NCBI GenBank assembly: GCA_965220085.1
Contig: CBDCOZ010000002.1
Location: 32,001 to 96,000, forward strand
DNA from: Candidatus Oxydemutatoraceae bacterium
GTDB taxonomy: Bacteria > Pseudomonadota > Gammaproteobacteria > Poriferisulfidales > Oxydemutatoraceae
Direction: 5' to 3'
Length of the DNA: 64,000 nucleotides
Made by a program: the position numbers and the translations under genes
Shown here: positions 59,406-64,000 of the stretch, piece by piece
How positions within the stretch are numbered: position 1 is the first letter of the stretch
How the letters are laid out: every line of letters begins with the position of its first letter
Notes under the pieces: model-generated
Told to the model about the DNA's origin: nothing
The model's database searches: none
What the model saw: the letters and a program-made list of their open reading frames with translations, nothing else

Positions 59406-59912
59406 TTAAGCAGGTGGGGTGGCCTCACCGTTTTTGTTGTAGCCCCAGCAGACGGCCTCGCCGGAAGGTTTCAGGGCGCAGGTGTGGAAGAACCCGGCAC
59501 TGATGGATTGGAAGCGACCGGCGGGCGGTGTGGCCTGACCGAGTCCGTTGTTGCCCCAGCAGACGGCCTTGCCGGAGGGTTTCAGGGCGCAGGTGTGGTC
59601 GCGCCCGGCACTGATGGATTGGAAGCGACCGGCGGGCGGTGTGGCCATACCGGCGACGTTCACGCCCCAGCAGACGGCCTCGCCGGAGGGTTTCAGGGCG
59701 CAGGTGTGGCCGAACCCGGCACTGATGGATTGGAAGCGACCGGCGTCCGCGGCGGCCTGACCGTATTCGTTATCGCCCCAGCAGACGGCCTCGCCGGAGC
59801 GTTTCAGGGCGCAGGTGTGGACGAGCGCGGCACTGATCTGCGCATAAAAGTAATTAGCCCATGCCGGCATCGCCCACAGCAAAAGCAATATTAAAAAAAA
59901 TAATTTTTTCAT
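59406..59912 (-). CDS. Secreted RCC1-like repeat protein, 4 repeats
   Basis: Signal peptide; 37-aa ISAG..HTCAL...G.AVCWG.N..G repeats. Confidence 0.9.
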   Translation of the reverse strand: MKKLFFLILLLLWAMPAWANYFYAQISAALVHTCALKRSGEAVCWGDNEYGQAAADAGRFQSISAGFGHTCALKPSGEAVCWGVNVAGMATPPAGRFQSISAGRDHTCALKPSGKAVCWGNNGLGQATPPAGRFQSISAGFFHTCALKPSGEAVCWGYNKNGEATPPA

Positions 59913-60216
59913 AGTTAAGTCTCCTCAAGAATCGAATGTTTAAACTTGCCAGTTCTGTCCGCTGGCATTATACACAGATTAAAGGTGCGGCTTGTGCAGA
60001 CTGCTCACAAGCCGCACAGCTCGAAGGCGCGCGCTGCTTTGCGTTGTTTGAGCGCGTCGATGTTGGGTCGTGATCATGGGGACGGCGCAGGCGTGACCTC
60101 TGTGGGTGTGCTCGGCGAAGACGAATCTCATCGCAGGGGGCCTTCTAGGAATAGGCGCAAGCGCAGGCGCAAAAGTCAGGATGATTAAAAGCGCTTTTTT
60201 GATATCAATCTCTTCC

Positions 60217-61056
60217 TTAAGAAGGTGGGGTGGCCTGACCGTATTTGTTCCCGCCCCAGCAGTCGGCCTCGCCGGAGGGTTTCAGGGCGCAGGTGTGCCA
60301 CCTGCCGGCACTGATGGATTGGAAGCGACCGGCGGGCGGTGTGGCCTGACCGTGTTTGTTGTAGCCCCAGCAGACGGCCTCGCCGGAGCGTTTCAGGGCG
60401 CAGGTGTGCTGGGCACCGGCACTGATGGATTGGAAGCGACCGGCGGGCGGGCGGGCCTCACCGTATTGGTTGTGGCCCCAGCAGACGGCCTTGCCGGAAG
60501 GTTTGAGGGCGCAGGTGTGGTCGTACCCGGCACTGATGGATTGGAAGCGACCGGCGTGCGGCCTGGCCTTGCCGTTTTCGCGGTTGCCCCAGCAGACGGC
60601 CTCGCCGGAGCGTTTCAGGGCGCAGGTGTGGTCCCTGCCGGCACTGATGGATTGGAAGCGACCGGCGGGCGGTGTGTCCCCACCGTGTAAGGACCAGCCC
60701 CAGCAGACGGCCTCGCCGGAGGGTTTCAGGGCGCAGGTGTAGAGGAGCCCGACACTGATGGATTGGAAGCGACCGGCGGGCGGGCTGGCCTGATCGAGTA
60801 CGTTGTAGCCCCAGCAGACGGCCTCGCCGGAGGGTTTCAGGGCGCAGGTGTGGTCCCAGCCGGCACTGATGGATTGGAAGCGACCGGCGTCCGCGGCGGC
60901 CTCACCGTATTCGTTGTCGCCCCAGCAGACGGCCTCGCCGGAGCGTTTCAGGGCGCAGGTGTGGCCGGACCCGGCACTGATCTGCGCATAAAAGTAATTA
61001 GCCCATGCCGGCATCGCCCCCAGCAAAAGCAACATTAAAAAAAATAATTTTTTCAT
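60217..61056 (-). CDS. Secreted RCC1-like repeat protein, 7 repeats
   Basis: Same signal peptide and upstream DNA as the 4-repeat gene; seven 111-bp units. Confidence 0.92.
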   Translation of the reverse strand: MKKLFFLMLLLLGAMPAWANYFYAQISAGSGHTCALKRSGEAVCWGDNEYGEAAADAGRFQSISAGWDHTCALKPSGEAVCWGYNVLDQASPPAGRFQSISVGLLYTCALKPSGEAVCWGWSLHGGDTPPAGRFQSISAGRDHTCALKRSGEAVCWGNRENGKARPHAGRFQSISAGYDHTCALKPSGKAVCWGHNQYGEARPPAGRFQSISAGAQHTCALKRSGEAVCWGYNKHGQATPPAGRFQSISAGRWHTCALKPSGEADCWGGNKYGQATPPS

Positions 61057-61566
61057 AGTTAAGTCTCCTCAAGAATCGAATGTTTAAACTTGCCAGTTCT
61101 GTCCGCTGGCATTCAAAGTTTGCAATGCTACAACAGGTCGGCGCTGCCTGTCAATGAGCGCGATTAGGCGCTGCGGCGCTTAAGTTGGAAAGCGCCACAG
61201 CACAGACAGATTAAAGGTGCGGCTTGTCCAGTCTACACACAAGCCGCATAGATCGAAGGCGATTATAGATCACCCTCGCCGCCGCAACCGGTCGGCTCGC
61301 AACCGGTGCGCGTTGCTTTGTGTTGCTCGATGCTTACGACTTGGCTCGGTTGTTCGCGCCGTGTTCGGTGTCGGCCAGCGCGCTGAAGGATTCGCAATGC
61401 GTGTGGTATGGGTGACCGCGTTGCTCGAACCAAGCGCTTGGCTTGTCGTCGTGGTCGGCCTGCGCATTGTCGGCCAACTTGCGCAAGGCAATTTTTCTCT
61501 GCACTTTGTGTTGGTAGCATGGTCGCTCATTGTGCCACCTGCAATGTGCCTGCTAGAGACTACCTA

Positions 61567-61766
61567 GACCATCTGGACATCGTGATGAAGAACGGAACCG
61601 CCATGCGCTTTCGTGACCTCGCCGGTTTGGTGCCGTCCTGTGGCTGCCGGGCGACCCGTTGCGGCACAAGTTGCCGGCGCCTTGGGCCCGAACCGCCGGG
61701 CGAAGGTTTCACCGGCGAGCATTTGCGGTGCGCAAGTTTTTATTGTTCCCGTTGCCAGCACTGATG
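61567..61766 (+). pseudogene. mutM remnant 3
   Basis: DHLDIVMKNGT.MRFRD..LGPEP..FTG.HL joined to ASFYCSRCQ. Confidence 0.88.
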
Positions 61767-61822
61767 CGCATAGCGGTATCCGAGGTGGCCCGGCGCTTCG
61801 CTTAGTCGCACAGGCGAATCTG

Positions 61823-63829
61823 CTACTTGTTGCCGCCCTTCTTGTCCTCGCTACGGCGGTCAAGCGTTTCCGCGACTGCTTGAACAACGCTCGCGGGTTG
61901 CTCTTTGGATGTGCCTAGAATCAAGGCCGGTGTGCCGCTGTGTGTGTGGTGGTCAAACAGGCGTAGCAACGCTTGATTGTTTTCGCCTCCCCTACGCCCG
62001 TAGTGTTCAGTCAAAATAGTCAACGCCCGTTTGGAGCGGATATCCTCACGCAGTGCCAGAGCACGAGCTTTGTCTTTGTCCGCCGAACGCACCCGAAGAT
62101 AAAGCGGCACCAGCGCCAAAGTGACCACTGTGATAAAGGGGAGAATATCGTAGGGCTCACAGGAGGGCTCACAGGATTTTATTTCAATCAACCCAAAGAC
62201 ATAAAATGCTACTACTAAACCATAAAAAAGTATGGATGTGCGCATTAAAACCTTGAGAGATTGGGAATGATGCTCATCTTTTGATTTATAGTCTGCTTCC
62301 ATCTCTTTCATAGTGGCATCGTAATCCAGCGCTTCATCTATAGTTTCTTTTGTGTCTTGCAATTTGGCTTGCAATTCTTTGTCAAACTTCTGTTGTTGAT
62401 CTCCCAGTTGTTCTTCATATTTTTGCGTTATTTTTTCCTGCTCAAATAGTGCCCGTGATGCCATCCGCCTGCTGTGCGCTTCGGCAAGGTTCGGGTTCAA
62501 TCTTATGGCTTTGTCATAGTCTTGGATGGCTTCTTGGTATTGTTCTAGGGCGGTTTTGATGATGCCTCTGTTGTTATAAGCATCGGCATTTTCTGGGTCC
62601 AGTTTTATGGCTTCATCGTAGTCTTGGATAGCCTCTTGGTATTGTCTTAGCTTAGCTTTGGCGAGGCCTCTGTTGCTGTAAGCCATGGCAAATTTCGGGT
62701 TCAGTTTTATGGCTTTATCGTAGTCTTGGATAGCCTCTTGGTATTGTTTTAGATTAGCCTTGGTATTGCCCCTGCCACTGTAAGCCATGGCATCTTTCGG
62801 GTTGAGTTCTATGGCCTTATCGTAGTCTTGGATAGCCTCTTGGTATTGCGTTAGCTTAGCTTTGATGGTGCCTCTGCTGTAGTAGGCGCCGGCATATTCC
62901 GGATTAAGTTCTATGGCTTTATTGCAGTCTTGGATAGCTTCTTGATATTGCGTTAGCTCAGCTTTAGCGCCCCCTCTGTTGACGTAAGCTTCGGCGAGTT
63001 CCGGGTCAAGCTCTATGACCTTATCGTAGTCTCGGATGGCTTCTTGGTATTGTTGTATCTCCGCTTTGGCGTTGCCTCTGCCGAAGTAAGCCTCGGCAAA
63101 TTCCGGACTCAGTTCTATGGCTTTATCGTAGTCTTGGACGGCTCCTAGGTGCTGGCTTAGCGCAGCTTTTGCGACACCCCTGTTGTAGTAAGCATCGGCA
63201 TTTTCCGGCTTAAGTTCTATGGCTTTATCGTAGTCTTGGATGGCTTCTTGGTATTGCTCTAGCGCGGCTTTGGCGTTGCCTCTGTTGTAGTAAGCGCCGG
63301 CATATTCCGGGTTGAGATTTAGGGTCTTATCGTAGTCTTGGATGGCATCTTGGTATTGCTCTAGTCCAGCTTTGGCGTTACCTCTGTTGTTGTAAGCAGC
63401 GGCATCTTCTGGATTAATCTCTATAGCCTTATTGTGGTCTTGGATGGCTTCCTGGTATTGCTCTAGCTTAACTTTGGCGTTACCTCTGTTGGTGTAAGCC
63501 ATGGCATATTCTGGGTTGAGCTCTATGGCCTTATCGCAGTCTTGAATGGCATCTTGGTACTGCTCTAACTTGCCTTTGGCAACACCTTTGCTGTTGTAAT
63601 ACATGGCATCTTTTGGGTTGATCTCTATGGCTTTATCGTAGTCTTTGATGGCTTCTTGGTGCTGTTGTAGCTCATCTTTGATGAGGCCCCTGTTGTAGTA
63701 AGCATCGGCATATTCTGGGTTAAGTTCTATGGCTTTGCTAAAAAGCTCTATGGCTTCTTGATACTGTCCTGCTTCGTAGGCAACGTATCCTTTCTTAAAA
63801 AAATCTTGGCTTGTTTTGTCGTTGGTCAT
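61823..63829 (-). CDS. TPR-coiled coil-2TM protein (TPR-4)
   Basis: About 13 near-identical 102-bp TPR units, a coiled coil, 2 TM helices and an ALALREDIRSKRAL tail. Confidence 0.92.
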   Translation of the reverse strand: MTNDKTSQDFFKKGYVAYEAGQYQEAIELFSKAIELNPEYADAYYNRGLIKDELQQHQEAIKDYDKAIEINPKDAMYYNSKGVAKGKLEQYQDAIQDCDKAIELNPEYAMAYTNRGNAKVKLEQYQEAIQDHNKAIEINPEDAAAYNNRGNAKAGLEQYQDAIQDYDKTLNLNPEYAGAYYNRGNAKAALEQYQEAIQDYDKAIELKPENADAYYNRGVAKAALSQHLGAVQDYDKAIELSPEFAEAYFGRGNAKAEIQQYQEAIRDYDKVIELDPELAEAYVNRGGAKAELTQYQEAIQDCNKAIELNPEYAGAYYSRGTIKAKLTQYQEAIQDYDKAIELNPKDAMAYSGRGNTKANLKQYQEAIQDYDKAIKLNPKFAMAYSNRGLAKAKLRQYQEAIQDYDEAIKLDPENADAYNNRGIIKTALEQYQEAIQDYDKAIRLNPNLAEAHSRRMASRALFEQEKITQKYEEQLGDQQQKFDKELQAKLQDTKETIDEALDYDATMKEMEADYKSKDEHHSQSLKVLMRTSILFYGLVVAFYVFGLIEIKSCEPSCEPYDILPFITVVTLALVPLYLRVRSADKDKARALALREDIRSKRALTILTEHYGRRGGENNQALLRLFDHHTHSGTPALILGTSKEQPASVVQAVAETLDRRSEDKKGGNK

Positions 63830-63944
63830 TTGAATACCCTCTCAGGTTAGCAGGTGCTACCGGCGGCCAGCATAGCACGTTTGTAGCACGATAGTATGGT
63901 GGCAATTGTACCACCTGCAATGTGCCCATCGCGACCGCCTACGC

Positions 63945-63995
63945 CCATCCGGACATCGTGATGAAGAACGGAATCGCTGTGCTTTCGCGACGAAA
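63945..63995 (+). pseudogene. mutM remnant 4 (partial, at the window edge)
   Basis: CATCCGGACATCGTGATGAAGAACGGAA..GCTTTCGCGAC. Confidence 0.7.
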
Positions 63996-64000
63996 AATAA

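Noticed and set aside
59406-61056. Diversity-generating retroelement target
   Set aside because: No reverse transcriptase or invariant template repeat in the window, and variation affects all codon positions. A remote DGR cannot be formally excluded.

Overview
GC-rich gammaproteobacterial chromosome segment spanning the replication-origin region (gyrB-recF-dnaN-dnaA / rpmH-rnpA-yidC-mnmE, with DnaA boxes and two parS sites inside recF). Left part: an AlkB/XylM-type monooxygenase-GST-FadL cluster, katG, and a visibly AT-richer ~14 kb defence island. The island holds SspBCD-like phosphorothioation genes, a DUF262-HNH nuclease, a GHKL ATPase, an orphan Panacea antitoxin, and a Septu-like ATPase with an HNH gene that has lost its catalytic core, running straight into an NspC-like decarboxylase and a DUF3326 gene. 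Right part: expanded repeat-protein loci, namely two cadherin/Ig-like adhesins (one with a G27 tract), an array of TPR-2TM genes separated by mutM remnants, and two secreted RCC1-repeat proteins with hypervariable loops; this repertoire suggests a host-associated symbiont (inference). The most unusual pattern is about ten tandem duplications at gene boundaries that leave the parent genes intact. One is a 14-copy 113-bp array behind yidC whose units each encode a translationally coupled 38-aa lipoprotein-signal minigene. All family calls come from motif recognition by eye; no database searches were run.
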